NCBI GenBank assembly: GCA_951406725.2
Contig: OX597817.1
Coordinates: 102,982,001 to 103,046,000 of the forward strand
Length of the DNA stretch: 64,000 nt
Direction: 5' to 3'
From: Octopus vulgaris
Lineage: Eukaryota
This document shows positions 43,514 through 56,568 of this stretch, one piece after another (position 1 is the first letter of the stretch; every line of letters begins with the position of its first letter). A program made the translations under genes and the position numbers. The notes beneath the pieces were generated by a model. That model ran no database searches. It worked only from the letters and a program-made list of their open reading frames with translations, and was not told the origin of the DNA.

Positions 43514-43734
43514 CAAAGTTATTTTATTCCACGCGGGTAGAAATATAGGAAAAATAGAAATTGAAAATGCACTGAGAATAGTTAAAATACTTTCTATTAA
43601 AATATCTGAAGCTTCAACCGATTTCAAACTTTACACTGATTTTCAAAAGGTTCAAATAGAAAGACGTGGCTTATGTCGCAGCTGTCTTGCTTTTGACTAG
43701 TGTTTGAAGCTTACCCTATTTTCATAGGGAGTTC

Positions 43735-45020
43735 ATGAAATTCAAGACAGAATTGAAAAGAGTTTCAACACTGAAGGATAAAAGTTTATCCTCGAAAACC
43801 AATTTTTTTTTCTTCGATGGCAATATTTACAAACAAATATCTGGGACTGCGATGGGAACAACAGTTGCTCCGACTTACGCCAATCTAGTCATGGCATACA
43901 TGGAGGTCCAGATATATGGACAATCTAAATTAATATATGGCTTGAACGTCCACAAATATCTACTAGAAAACTGGAAACGTTACTTAGATGACTGTGTAAT
44001 CCTATGGACGCACACATTTGAACAACTTATAGATTTAAAAAATCTAATCAACTGCTGAAACAATACTATTAACTTTACCATGGAATGCAGTAAAACTCGG
44101 CTACCATTACTGGATATAGTAAGCATCAAAACATTGAAACAGATATTCACTACAAAAAAAAACAGGTTCTAAACAATACTTACTATTCTTCTCATGCCAA
44201 CCCAAACACACGAAGAATAATATCCCCTTTAATCTAGCTAGAAGAATCTGCACAATTGTCTCAAACTCTGAAACTCGCAATAAAGTACTCCAAAAACTAG
44301 AATAAGTACTACTTAAAAGACAATATCATCCATTAATGTTAATAGACAACAGAATAGAACGTGCCAAAGCAATAAATATCGAAGAACTACGAAAAACTCT
44401 ACCCTTTATTACAACACACAACCCAAGAAACACAGAGGTTTGCAGTATTATTCACCAGAACATCCTACTACTAAAACAAAGCCCAAGAATGAAACAAGCA
44501 TTCGAAATACACAAAAAAATCATACACAAAAAGATCAAAAGTAAAAGACAATCAAAGTCCCTCAAAAAATTCCTCACAAGTGATGAATTATCTTCCACAA
44601 TTCTTACACCAACAGTCAAAAACTGTGGCCGCCCTAACTGCGGGACCTGCATCAACCTTATTAAAGACACAACATACAAATTCAAATCAAGACAGATTTT
44701 TACCGTAAAAATTGCTTTACATGTTCTTCAAGGAATTTAATATACGCTATCAAAAGTCAGGGATGTAATGAAGATTATATAGGTTACACAAAGCTTACTC
44801 TAAGAAACAGACTGACCATTCACCAACAATAAATACGAGACCCCAGTACTAGACAGATTTTACTAAGTGGACACATTGACATATGTGCAAAAAAATAAGT
44901 CCCCCAAATTCCAGGTCTTCCCACTCTACTTTTGTTCAGTGAATACCACAGATTAAGCACGGATAAACAAAGAAAATACTTTCATACAAAAGTACAAGCC
45001 AAGACTTAACAAACTTTAAC
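43735..45020 (+). mobile_element. Penelope-like element (RT + GIY-YIG), decayed
   Basis: FFFDGNIYKQISGTAMG...APTYANLVM...WKRYLDD; CGRPNCGTC; frameshifted LIYAI...DYIG endonuclease motif. Confidence 0.9.
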
Positions 45021-45559
45021 AGAGTACATACACAAATAACTATTTACACACAAAATTCATTCTGTCACTTATCATGAGGAAGCTACACAGCTAACAACCT
45101 AAACTTTAGCAACTGGACTACGTGCAAACGACTCCTCCCACCAAACAGATTAAATTTGGAGTGCCTTGATTATAACTAAACATGTTCACTCAAGCGTGTC
45201 GGCCTTCTTTTTAGGCGCAAAATATACTGTCACGTAACACTAACGCACGGACGTGGCGGAAAACGTACAAAAGGTTATAAATTTAATCATGTGTTCATTC
45301 TCTTTAAACACTTGACAAAAAACATTCAGAGCATTGATTGTTTGGACATGTTCAGTCAACTGTGTCAGCCTTAACTTACGACGCCAAAAGTCTATTACGT
45401 TTACATTTTATTGTGGTTTTTCAATTGGACATCCCACCAGTACTCCTTATTATGAAGGGTTATTGTCTTTACCATATTGTGGGTTCTTATTTCTTTGGCT
45501 TCAGAGTTATCCTTTGTACGGATCTCATTATACAATGTCTTAGCCAAAATTAAATGTCG

Positions 45560-47965
45560 CATCGAAAGATAATACCGCGATAATATTTTCGGACAACTGC
45601 TTATGATGTGGATGATATCTTAGGTATTAACTCCCCAAAGTCTGCATAGGTTATCATATTTTGGTGTTCTGCCTGCGTCTCTGTCCCTTTTGTGCATCAG
45701 GTTGATATTTCTTGCTCCTGGATTGCAAACGCATACCCTTCAAAGTGGGACTTAGCAATCCGGTTGTCGGTCCATGATAGACTGCTTTGATTATCAATGT
45801 TAGTATCATCCTGGAGCTTTCAACTAACATACTCATGTATGATCTGCTGATATACGCTCATTCTTTCATCTGATGATAGGTTGCGGTAGATTCGTGCGAC
45901 TTCTTTGGGCATGTACTCAAGTTTATCAAATAAGGAATGCTGCTCAGGGAGCTACTTTCCAAGTCTCATGATGTTATCTGTTTTGTATATGCAAACTTGG
46001 TCAAGGGATGCACTTCGATACTTGGTGGTTAACAAATGTTGTCGAAGAGATATGATATAACACTTAAAGGCAGTCTGTCTCCCTTGTTTTCGTTCTATGT
46101 TGATGTTGAAATTATGTGCTGTTTAGATCAATAGCTTGGATCTCATCAAGCATCCAATCAAGTGGCACAAATGTTGGCGTGAGTACTAGTACTGAAAACA
46201 CATTGTGGGCTACTGTTTTATTAGATGCAAAGAATTCTGAGGTCCGTACTTTCTTTATTCGGCTGTAATACTCTATAGTGTCACGTGTTTTGTTACAGGT
46301 ACCATCGTAAGATATGATTCCATCACTAGCGCAGCTAGAGTGTGTGATACCGGGGAAGGCCCTTCTGTTTGCTGCTCCCGGACCCCACAAAAACACATAT
46401 TACCTACGCAGACTCATAAGTGCCATCCAGGGCAGACCGCCCCAACCGCCCCCACCCAGCTACGCTAGTGGTTTTCATTTAACCCTAGGTACCTGTAACA
46501 TTCCTCCTCAAATAAAGGGGAGACAGTTAAGTTATTGATAGAGATGCTGTTAGTCTGGTTTACAGTTTTACCTCTTTTCACAACCATATAACAACATTTA
46601 TCCGGACCAAACCCTAACCCTATATCCTTTGAGAATGTTGAAACCAGGTCAAAGCTCTTTTTCATGTCATGAATATTCTTGGCATACAGTTTCAAGTCAT
46701 CCACAAAGAAACCGTGTGTAATTTTGGTATTTCTGTTACCTTCTGAACCAGCAAGATACCAATCAATCTTCCTTAACATGAAAAACAAGTGATTTACAGA
46801 AAGTAGAAATATCATCACAGAGAGGCTGTCCCTTTGGAATATACCTCTGTGATATTGTATTTTATTGGTGATAATAAATCACTCCTTGTATTTAACTTCA
46901 AGACTGTGGTCAACGATGAAGTCAGGTCAGCTATAGCTTTGACTATGCTCACTGGAACTTTAACCAGTCGAAGGACTTCTAGCATCCATGACTGGGGAAC
47001 AGAATCAAAGGCTTTCTTGTTGTCCAGCCACATTGAAACTAGGTTCCTCCTATGCACCCGCTCCTCTGACGTTACAGTTTTGTTTATCAACAATTGTTCG
47101 GCACATTTTCAGACCCCCTTCTTCCCAGCTGCTTGTTCTGCTGTGATGATATTTTTATTTTCACAATGGTCTTGGAGAAAGAGGTTTAAAGATGCTGTAT
47201 ATATTTTATACATTAAGTTCTGGCATTAAGTTCGGTAGATTTTTGCCATATGGGTGGTTCTGCTTTGGGAGATCAGTTTTGTCCCTGCCAGAACTAACCA
47301 GTCTGGTATGCTACTATTCCCATTGAGAGTTTGCTGATATAGGCTGATAAGATATGGTTGTTAGAAAATTTTCTTCTTGTACCAGTATTCAATAATCAAG
47401 TCTCTTTCAGATGCTTTTCCATCTTGAAGTTTCTGGATTACAGCCACAAGGGTATTTTGCTGTATGGCTTGGGTGTAATGTAGGGACAGTAATTGCTTCG
47501 AATTTCTTCCAGCCACAGAGTATCTCGGTTAAATTCCATCTCTTTGCTCCAGATTTTCCTCCAGCAGGAGCTTCTGTGATATATACTGCTTCTCCTCTCA
47601 TGTCTCTGTACACTGATGCCTGGATCCGGTTAAATTTTTTGTTTATTGTTTTTCTTTCGGTTATTCTTCTCTGATGTCAATGTTTCTCACTGACAGCTTT
47701 TAGCTGAAGGTTATCAGTTTGCAATTGAGTGTTCTCTTTTTGCTATCTCCAAACATCGCATCTATCTTCTTCATCTTTTCTTCGTGAGTCGTAAAGTGAT
47801 CTACTTGTTTGCAAGCAATAAGCATTGTCTTCGTTGTTTCGGTTATATTTACTTTTTGAGTGTCGTTCATGTACTGATTTGCAGTTGTAGACAGGGCATT
47901 AATCTGCCAGAATGAGAGTTCATTACATTGCTGTAAATATTCCTCTCCAATTTCATTAAAATCTT
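45560..47965 (-). mobile_element. R4/Dong-like LINE RT region, decayed
   Basis: WLDNKKAFDSVPQSW, IFQGDSL-like, THGFFVDDLKLYAK and YRYLG; interrupted by an insertion at about 46110-46470. Confidence 0.85.
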
Positions 47966-48010
47966 TGTATGTATGTATGCATGTATGTATGTATGTATGT
48001 ATGTATAGTG

Positions 48011-48336
48011 AAGGGGCATGACTCAGTGGTTAGAGCGTCGAGCTTACGATCGTGAGGTTGTGAGTTCGATTCCTGGACCGGGCTGCGTGTTGAGTTCTTG
48101 AGCAAGACACTTTATTTCACGTTGCTCCAGTGTAGAAATGAGTTGCGATATCACTGGTGCCAAACTGTATCGGCCTTTGCCTTTCCCTTGGATAACATTA
48201 ATGGTGTGGAGAGGGAAGGCCAGTATGCATGGGCGACTGCTGGCCTTCTACAAACAACCTTGCGCGGTCTTGTGCCTCGGAGGGTAACTTTCTAGGTACA
48301 ATCCCATGGTCATTCATGACCGAATGGTGGGGGGTC
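48011..48336 (+). mobile_element. tRNA-derived SINE (family A)
   Basis: Matches 11103..11420; B box GTTCGATTCC. Confidence 0.85.
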
Positions 48337-48417
48337 TCCTCATGTATATATGTATGTATTTGTTTACTTGCAGGCATGTATTGTGTGTGTAGTGAAGGCG
48401 AGGTGCTTATGGTTAGG

Positions 48418-49540
48418 GGCGGAGTTGCCACTCATCAAATAATAAAACACCCAGATTATTTGCTGCAAAAAACCTAGATCCTATTTTATAAGCCCAGATG
48501 TTAGAAAATAGGTAATTTAATGATAAAATATGTTATATGACAAAATGAATACTTACTTTATATCATATGGCAGCTAATTGTCAATCTCATGCATATCCAC
48601 ATCATCTTCATTCACTCCTTCAATGGTGATAGACTCATTTTTCTTCCTTTTTGAAGCTCAGTCTACTCGTATACCTACGATGACAAGACCCATCCACTAC
48701 ATCTTTAACAAGTTTAGCGTTCGGCTCCCACGAAATGCATGACGCTCCCTTTCTTGTAATTGCTTGTTTAGCGAGTAGACGATCGATAATCGTTTCGGTC
48801 TTCAACCTATTAGTGAAGTTTGTCTTTGTGCAATTTACTTGGGAAAATATGCGCTCCATGTGATGGAACACCGTTAAATTAGTCATGAATCGTGACAGCC
48901 TCTCAAATTTAGAGTGGTCAAGCCCGTCTTTAAGATTGTGCATGGAATACCAGAATTCAGAGATGCTTTTTGAGGAAACAGGAGTATCTCTATGTTGCCG
49001 AAATAGTCTTCACTCATCGTCTAGTTCATCAAGTGTGTTTTCTGATGCAACTGCTGGAAAGTTTGATGCCATGGGAATTATCGACTGAGGAGAGTTAGTA
49101 TGATCGTGGGCTACTTTGGGATCAAGTATTTTTAAGAGGGCAAACACTCCAGCTTCATCGAAAGGAAAGCTCATTTTTATTTGAGAGCATAATTCTATTT
49201 TTAAAAAAATTGCAATCTGTTTTGAATCTAGCTGAGTCACCAACGATTGGGTTTTGTTCTAGATATCTCATTACACATCCACCGAGGTAAATATCACCCA
49301 TATCTTTGTGATTTGTTGTGTTATTAAGATCAATATCTGATAATTTAGATACGGTTAAAACGTCCTCTGTCGTCTCGCGCATGGCAAATGGTTGCAGGCG
49401 AGATCTCGTTCCTGTCTTGGACATGGTAATGGCTACCGGTGAGATGTCGTACAAAATGGCGCTGGCTTCTTGTGCCTCGCTACAGTGGATTGTGAAACGC
49501 AGGCAAATGCACCTGTGCTTACATATGAAGATGTGAAAAA
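48418..49540 (-). mobile_element. hAT-like transposase remnant
   Basis: ERIFSQVNCTKTNFTNRLK (hAT dimerisation ERxFS motif), LDELDDE, MGDIYLG; gagttgcca TIR-like end near 48421. Confidence 0.65.
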
Positions 49541-49659
49541 TGATAAGCAGAAGCTTCTCTTTTACACTTGAATACCAGATTCCATGACTTTTGATTGTCT
49601 TTTTGATGAAATTAAAGATGATGAAGCAAGTGAAACTGCCAGCATGGTGCATCATCAGA

Positions 49660-50060
49660 GCAAGGCAGACCCAGACAGCTTCGATTAATTGATGAATTTT
49701 TTTCTTGTACTTATGAGATTGCGACTTGGGCTACTATTAGAGGATTTAGCATATCGCTTCTGCATTAGCACAACAACATGCGGCATAATATTTAATAAGT
49801 GGATTGATTACTTAGATGTCCAGTTATCATTTCTGGTAATATGGCCATCAAGAAAAGCAGTGAATGACCATATGCTACCATCATTCCGTGCAAAGTATCC
49901 AACTTGTCGAGTTATAGTTGATTGCACAGAAATACGAACTGAGACTCCTTCTTCCCTACAAAGCAAATCATTGGTGTACAGTGATTATAAAACACATATG
50001 ACATGGAAGGGCTTAATAGGTATCAGTCTAGCTGGTGCAGTAACTTTTGTATCGGATTTA
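49660..50060 (+). mobile_element. PIF/Harbinger (ISL2EU-like) transposase fragment
   Basis: FFLVLMRLRLGL..EDLAYRFCIS (HTH), CRVIVDCTEI, YSDYK..TWKGLIGIS..GAVTFVSD are DDE_Tnp_4-type motifs. Confidence 0.9.
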
Positions 50061-50166
50061 CCATATATTTTTAAACGTCTGGCTTTATATCTGTTCTGTA
50101 GATATAAATAAATATATGAATATATGTATGGTGGGCGATGGTGGGCGACAAACATAGACACGCGCG

Positions 50167-50215
<49 letters not shown>

Positions 50216-50227
50216 TTATATTTTCTT

Positions 50228-50620
50228 TCTTTCTTTCTTTACTTGTTTCAGTCATTTTGACTGCGGCCATGCTGGAGCACCGCCTTTTAGTCGAGCAACT
50301 CGACCCCGGGACTCATTCTTTTTGTAAGCCCAGTACTTATTCTATCGGTCTCTTTTTGCCGAACCGCTAAGTGACGGGGACGTAAACACACCAGCATCGG
50401 TTGTCAAGCAATGCTAGGGGAACAAACACAGACACACAAACACACACACACATACATATATATACATATATACGACAGGCTTCTTTCAGTTTCCGTCTAC
50501 CAAATCCACTCACAAGGCATTGGTCGGCCCGGGGCTATAGCAGAAGACACTTGCCCAAGATGCCACGCAGTGGGACTGAACCCGGAACCATGTGGTTGGT
50601 TAGCAAGCTACTTACCACAC
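50228..50620 (-). mobile_element. family-B SINE (young copy)
   Basis: Near-exact reverse complement of 12320..12731. Confidence 0.88.
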
Positions 50621-51359
50621 GAGATCGCTAGTGACACCAACGCTCAAAATATGTAACAGACTGGAATAGTAGTGCTCAAATGAGCTGTATACACTTTTTT
50701 TAATCCGTGGGGAGGCAATGTGAGCAGCAACTACAAGGACACTACAAAAACCACAGAAAGATCAAACACATACATATATTCATATATTCATTTATATCTA
50801 CAGAACAGATATAAAGCCAGACGTTTAAAAATATATGGTAATATATAAATATATTAACATCATATAAAAATATATAAGAGAATCAATGTTGTATACATAA
50901 CACCTTGAATTTACGCTTAAACTCGTAAAACATTTGGTATAAATTTGTTAAGTTAAAAATTTGGGGTAATAAAAATACAATGACATATTAAAATGACGAA
51001 TTAAAATTCCAGAGAAAAATGCATAGAAGATAAATATACAAATTTACAAAAATACCTAAAAGTTCATGATGAACTTTTATGTAAGTATTTAAGATTATCA
51101 AAAATGATATCATAACCAAAATAGGTCAAATGTGTGTATATATATCAATTTTCAACGTTAAAAAGGAAAGATTACATAGAATCAGTTTAATATTCATTCA
51201 TGTACTTAATTATTTACTTATTAGGTGGTTTCTATAAAGACTGCTCTGTGTATTTACTTATGGAATACTGGAAAGATAAACATGCTATCTATATATTAAT
51301 TATAAGCCAAGAATCAGAAAAAATAAAGATGTGTACAGATACACATATTTATCTATGTG

Positions 51360-51630
51360 CATACATACACAAATATTTATACATTTATATGGATATAGTG
51401 TAACCATCTTGCATAGACTTAAGTAACTAAAAAGTATCTATTTACGAACAAGAAAGATAACAATTTATAAGGGATAAGAGATTAACAGGTTATGCACATA
51501 TATGCATTTATACACATGTACAAATATTTATACGTTTATATGGATACAGTATAACCATCTCGCATAGACCTAAGTAGCTTAAAATTCTCTATTTAAGAAC
51601 AGTAACAACTTATAAGGGATAAGATGTTAA
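51360..51630. repeat. ~150-bp tandem duplication
   Basis: acaaatatttatac.tttatatggata.agt.taaccatct.gcatagac.taagta...ttataagggataaga occurs twice. Confidence 0.75.
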
Positions 51631-52239
51631 TAGGTAAGGATATCGAATAAAAAAAAAAGAAGAATTTATAGAAAATAATAAGAAATATACATAACCGACA
51701 TTTAAAGAGACAGGGTATTAAAATTTGAGGTAGGGAAGAGATAAAGGTAACCCGAAAAGAGGAGGTAGTAGGTATGGGCATAGTGAGAACAGTTAGAGGT
51801 ATTTAAACCGAAGAGATTTTATAAGTTGCAATGTTACAGATACTATTACATATATGACTTTATAGTTTCCAGTGGGTGTATAATTAGGAGACTTACATAA
51901 AAGCCATTACAAACATACATAATATGATCAGTAGGGTAGAACATTATAGAAAGGAAAAAAATAGTTTAATCACCAAAAATATGAAGTCAGACTAACTAGG
52001 CAGGAGTTTTCATGGGATAGTAAGTACATATAGCACACCACATACCATAACATAGCTTATAACATATGCAATGCAATTTAATTCACCATATAACTCAATA
52101 TCCCATGATTTTATTATATTTAATACTACTCGTAGAAGGTAAGTTTACAACGGATACGACACCAAAATTAATTTCCACCATCAAAGTTCAAGTATGGCAC
52201 CTATAATCGCTAATTTCGAAAGTACGTAAATGTACAGGT

Positions 52240-52900
52240 GACGCTATGTACGCATGATACCCTTAGGCCTAATCTAATATTAATCAGGTTGTTCTTGTCC
52301 CTATACTAAAAAATCTCGTAAGTTTCCATAGAGCACAGCTCACATCCATATCGACTATCTCTATAACGCTGCGCTTTCTGTATTAAGGCTAAATTCGATC
52401 CTGCTTTCCTTCAGTTCCCAAATCTTGCTAGATAAGAACGTACAATTGGCTTTATGTTTGAGACTAAAAGACGAAGAATGGTTATTGATACATTTTTACA
52501 TATTTATCGAACATCCAATATATATATAAAGTTACCAGCCTCAGTTATGATTGTACATTTATAAATTACGTTTTGGATTAGACATCGGCCTAATAACGGA
52601 CAGTGGGATTTAACTCTACAATTGCAACCAGGAGCATTACTACTATTAATATTCTTCTTCTTCTTATTATTATTATTATTATTATTATTAGTAGTAGTAG
52701 TAGTAGTAGTAGTAGTGTCACTATTATTATTATTATTCCTACTACTACTATCGTGTGTGTTATTATTATTTCTGTTATCATTTATACTTCCTTCAACTGT
52801 GGTACCATTCAAATTCATCTCAGCATCAACAGGCATTGTGCCAGTAATCCCTGTGCTAGTATAAACCTCGGAGCTACAGTCTATATTGTACATTTTAGAC
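52240..52900 (-). mobile_element. Penelope-like GIY-YIG endonuclease fragment
   Basis: GCNCRVKSHCPLLGRCLIQNVIYKCTI...FIYI followed, in a shifted frame, by LSSKIWELK and CELCSME motifs. Confidence 0.8.
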
Positions 52901-53136
52901 GTGTTAGTACTGTTGTTTCTAATTCCTACATCACCATTAATATTATTCTCATTGTTGAAGTTTAAGCTAGTGTTGACTGTAATATTATTATTATTAACCC
53001 CCTCTTGCCCATTTTATATTCTTTCTATTTAACCTGGCTATGATGGTACCCATATTGGGGAGGGTAGAATACGAGATCCTGTCTTACGGGGAAAATTCTG
53101 TTATATCTATGGGAAGCAGGGCAGTTATATATATAT

Positions 53137-53577
53137 ATAACATAAGGGACGTTAGCCATCCGAATGTGGCTAGGGACAGGGCAGGGCGGTGGGGGTGTTA
53201 CTGATGCATTTAGCCCCAGGCGATCATCAACGTCACCAGAAGGGCTGACGCCATCACGGCGTCCTCTAGCCTGCAAAGGGAGATCATTCCCCGAAGAAGC
53301 GGATGCCACATACGGACCCAGGTTTCAAGGTGTTTGCCTATTGTCAACGTATGGCAGGCACCGCCCCTCGACGAACGACTCTCTGTGCAGGCTATCTATA
53401 TAAAGATTTTCACAGTAAATACATTTACTGATGTACAAAATCTGTTCGACAGCAATAATAATTCTCTAAACGAGGTATAGACAGTAACTGCTCCATAACA
53501 TAAGGGACGTTAGCCATCCGAATGTGGCTAGGGACAGGGCAGGACGGTGGGGGTGTTACTGATGCATTTAGCCCCAG
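53137..53577. repeat. 83-bp direct repeat pair (53137-53219, 53495-53577) flanking hairpin-rich GC-rich sequence
   Basis: Copies differ by a single substitution; spacing is 358 bp. Confidence 0.9.
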
Positions 53578-53964
53578 CGCTTTCAAAAAAATAAAAACTC
53601 GATGTTTAACTTTCGATTGATGTTTGATGCATGCGTAGAATTCTACTGAAAATAGCAGACGTCAAAAATATCAGACCACCACCAGAAATCCCGATATGCT
53701 AGAAACAACAGCTAAACGACATTATTTCTGGAAAAACTTCCCTGCTTTCAAAAAAGCTAAAAGTAAAACATTCGAAGGCGATGGGTGGAGGTTGGGGAAG
53801 GGGATTTGAGTATTTCTTTAAGAGAATTTTTGTTTTAAATCTTAGATTCGTAATCTCTATTTTTTTACGTGGTTTAAAAAAATTTTTTTGTAAAAAGTTA
53901 AAAATTCGGGTTGGGTTATTAACATTTTGAAAACGTGTTTTTGAGGTAAAATCCTAATCTCGAA

Positions 53965-56083
53965 GGTAGAGATTTCACGATTTTCACCGACCACAAACCG
54001 CTAACGTTTACTCTCTTTGCCAAAACGGATTGGTACTCGCCCAGAGACAAGGCATTTGGACTACATATCACAGCTCACTAGTGACATTCGCCAAATCGCT
54101 GGTACTGACGACATCCCCGCTGATGCCTTATCTCGCCTGCTTGTTGGTGCATTGTCGTATTGATTTGGTTGCTATGGATACTGACCAACCCTCCTTGGAC
54201 TTTCTGGACGTCTCTTCACCACAGTTTTCCTGCTGCAAGTTTGAACACCTGCCACTGCCTTTTTCTGAAGGAACCATTCTTTCCGATGCTTCTACTGGAT
54301 CACTACAAACCCTCGTTCCTGAAAATCCCCGTCGTGCTGTTTTTGAAGCACTGCATTCACTGTCACACCCCAGCATTGCGGCCACAGTAAAGCTTATCTC
54401 GGCCCGCTTTTTCTGGCCGAATATGCATTGGTCTATTACTGCTTGGTCACGTGTCTGTCTACCATGTTAGCTTTCCAAGGTGCATCGTCATGTGAGAGAA
54501 CCTCTTGGGCACTTCCAGTCACTGGACACCAGGTTCCGTCACATACACATCGACCTGGTTGGTCCTTGGCCGGTCAGTTGCGGATTTACTTATATATTGA
54601 CATCCATCAATCGCTTCTCCAGATGGCCTGAAGCCATCCCTCTCGTGGACATTTCCGTGGAAACAGTCGCCAGAGCACTCATCTCCGGGTGAATATCTCG
54701 CTTCGGAGTACTCTCTAAAATGACTAGTGATCGTGGACACCAATTTGAAGCTTGTCTGTTTCGTGAGCTTTCGAGATTACTCGGAGTTCAGCACATCCAC
54801 ACCACAAGATACCATCCTGCCACCAACGGAATAGTGGAACGATTTCACCGCCAGCTTAAAGCCGCTATTCGTGCGGCTCCTGATCCTCATCGTTGGTCCG
54901 AGTTTCTCCCCATTGTTTTGCTGGGGTGCCTCTCAGCTCTCAAGGAGGATTTAGGCTACTCCTCCGCTGAGCTCCTGTATGGCACCACCTTAGCACTTCC
55001 TGGATAAATGTTGATGCCCGTCGACTTACTGAATGCGGATCCTACATCTTACGTCATACGACTCAGGTCATCCTTTGCTGACCTGCCACCAACGCTTGCT
55101 CGCGACCAGTCTATTTCTTCTACAGTACCTCCGGATATTTCTACTTGGACTTACGTGTTTGTAAGAATTGATGCCGTCAAGGGACCGCTCACACCTCCCT
55201 GCACTGGTCCCTATCGCACACCGAAACTGTTCACTGTGGACATTCACGGATAAAAAGAGACTGTCTCTATCGACAGAGTAAAAAAAAACTCTTTTCGAAA
55301 CATTTCTTGCTGACACACCCATCATTCCATAAACACTGCCACCCCCACATCACCTCCACTCACCAAAACACCAACAACACAAACGCATTCTTCACCTTAC
55401 AGGACACGTTCTGGCAGAATGGTTCATTGGCCGAAGAAGTTGTCTCAGACTATTTACATTTCTTAACTTGGCCTCGCCAGTGATTGTTCCAGAAAATAGA
55501 CTCATGCTTGTATAAACACCGCATTCATGTTTCCTCTCTTTCTGTATCATTGTACATATATACTTTGTTCAATTTGATTGGATACCTTTCTTTGCTGAAC
55601 GTCTTTCCCTTGTACATACTTTCATTGTAAGTTTTCAATTGTACTGCCATAGTTCGGATTTTGTGTATCACACATATTGTTTATACAACTGCTTTGCCAT
55701 GTTTTATTCTTCTGTGCCCTCCTATCGCACACATACTTCGCCTATGTGGCTGAAGGCGCAGTTACCTCCCTTGACAGCAGCTGTTTAAACAAGCTCGCAA
55801 TTAGATGGCACAAGAACGGTTAGGTGGTGATACGAAGCCTTGGGACTACCTCTTTCGCGACGAGACACCAGACCGTGAAGACATGACCTAGTAGGCTCTC
55901 GTACGACACACGCCAGCTAGCAGACATGAGGCAATACACAGAAGATGAACATGACCTCCATTCATCAAACTCTTTCCTTTATTGTTCAGTTGTTTATGTT
56001 TGAGACCTCGAATAAAGGTATTTAAAGTTACAGCCTCGTTCCATGAATTCATTATATCGTGTTCCTTTATCAAATGATATTAC
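53965..56083 (+). mobile_element. Gypsy LTR retrotransposon 3' part (RNase H end, integrase, probable 3' LTR)
   Basis: FTIFTDHKPL, ADALSR, HPSIAAT...FFWP (Zn finger), HIDLVGP, TSDRGHQFE, HPATNGIVERFHRQLK, GPY, RTRSGR; AATAAA then ...ttACA end at about 56083. Confidence 0.92.
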
Positions 56084-56365
56084 AGCCTTTTGAACGGAGT
56101 CATCATTAGATGGCTCCACAACCTGAGAACACCATCATCTAAAACCAAAAGCAGGTGCGGTTCATGTCCTTTACCTCTGCCTATATTTATATTATTTTAG
56201 ATTAGGTTCGGTTTGGTTAAAATTCTTAATTCGATCGGTGACTCGAAGCAAGAAAAAAAGAAATAGTCACCACCAAGTCAGAAGTCATGATGTAAATAGT
56301 TAGTATTTCTAAAGAATATAGAAAAAATTTCTTTATTATGCATTTGTGGTAAAAATACCATAGAC

Positions 56366-56568
56366 GTACGTTATTTACATTTGACGGATGTTGTTAACAA
56401 AACGTTTCAGCTGATGTACCCTCCAGCCTTCATCAGGTGTCTTGAGTAAATTTCGAACCTGGGTTCTCATTCCTAAGGTATTTTTCGATGTTGTTGTTAG
56501 GTCACTGAATGTATTCAAACTCGGAATCTTGGGGTTAGTAGCCCGCACTCTTAACCACTACGCCATAT
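56366..56568 (-). mobile_element. tRNA-headed short element containing a hammerhead motif
   Basis: TGGCGTAGTGGTTAAGAGTGCGGGCTACTAACCCC...GAGTTTGAAT head followed by acac-CTGATGA-aggctg..cagct-GAAAC-GTT. Confidence 0.65.
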
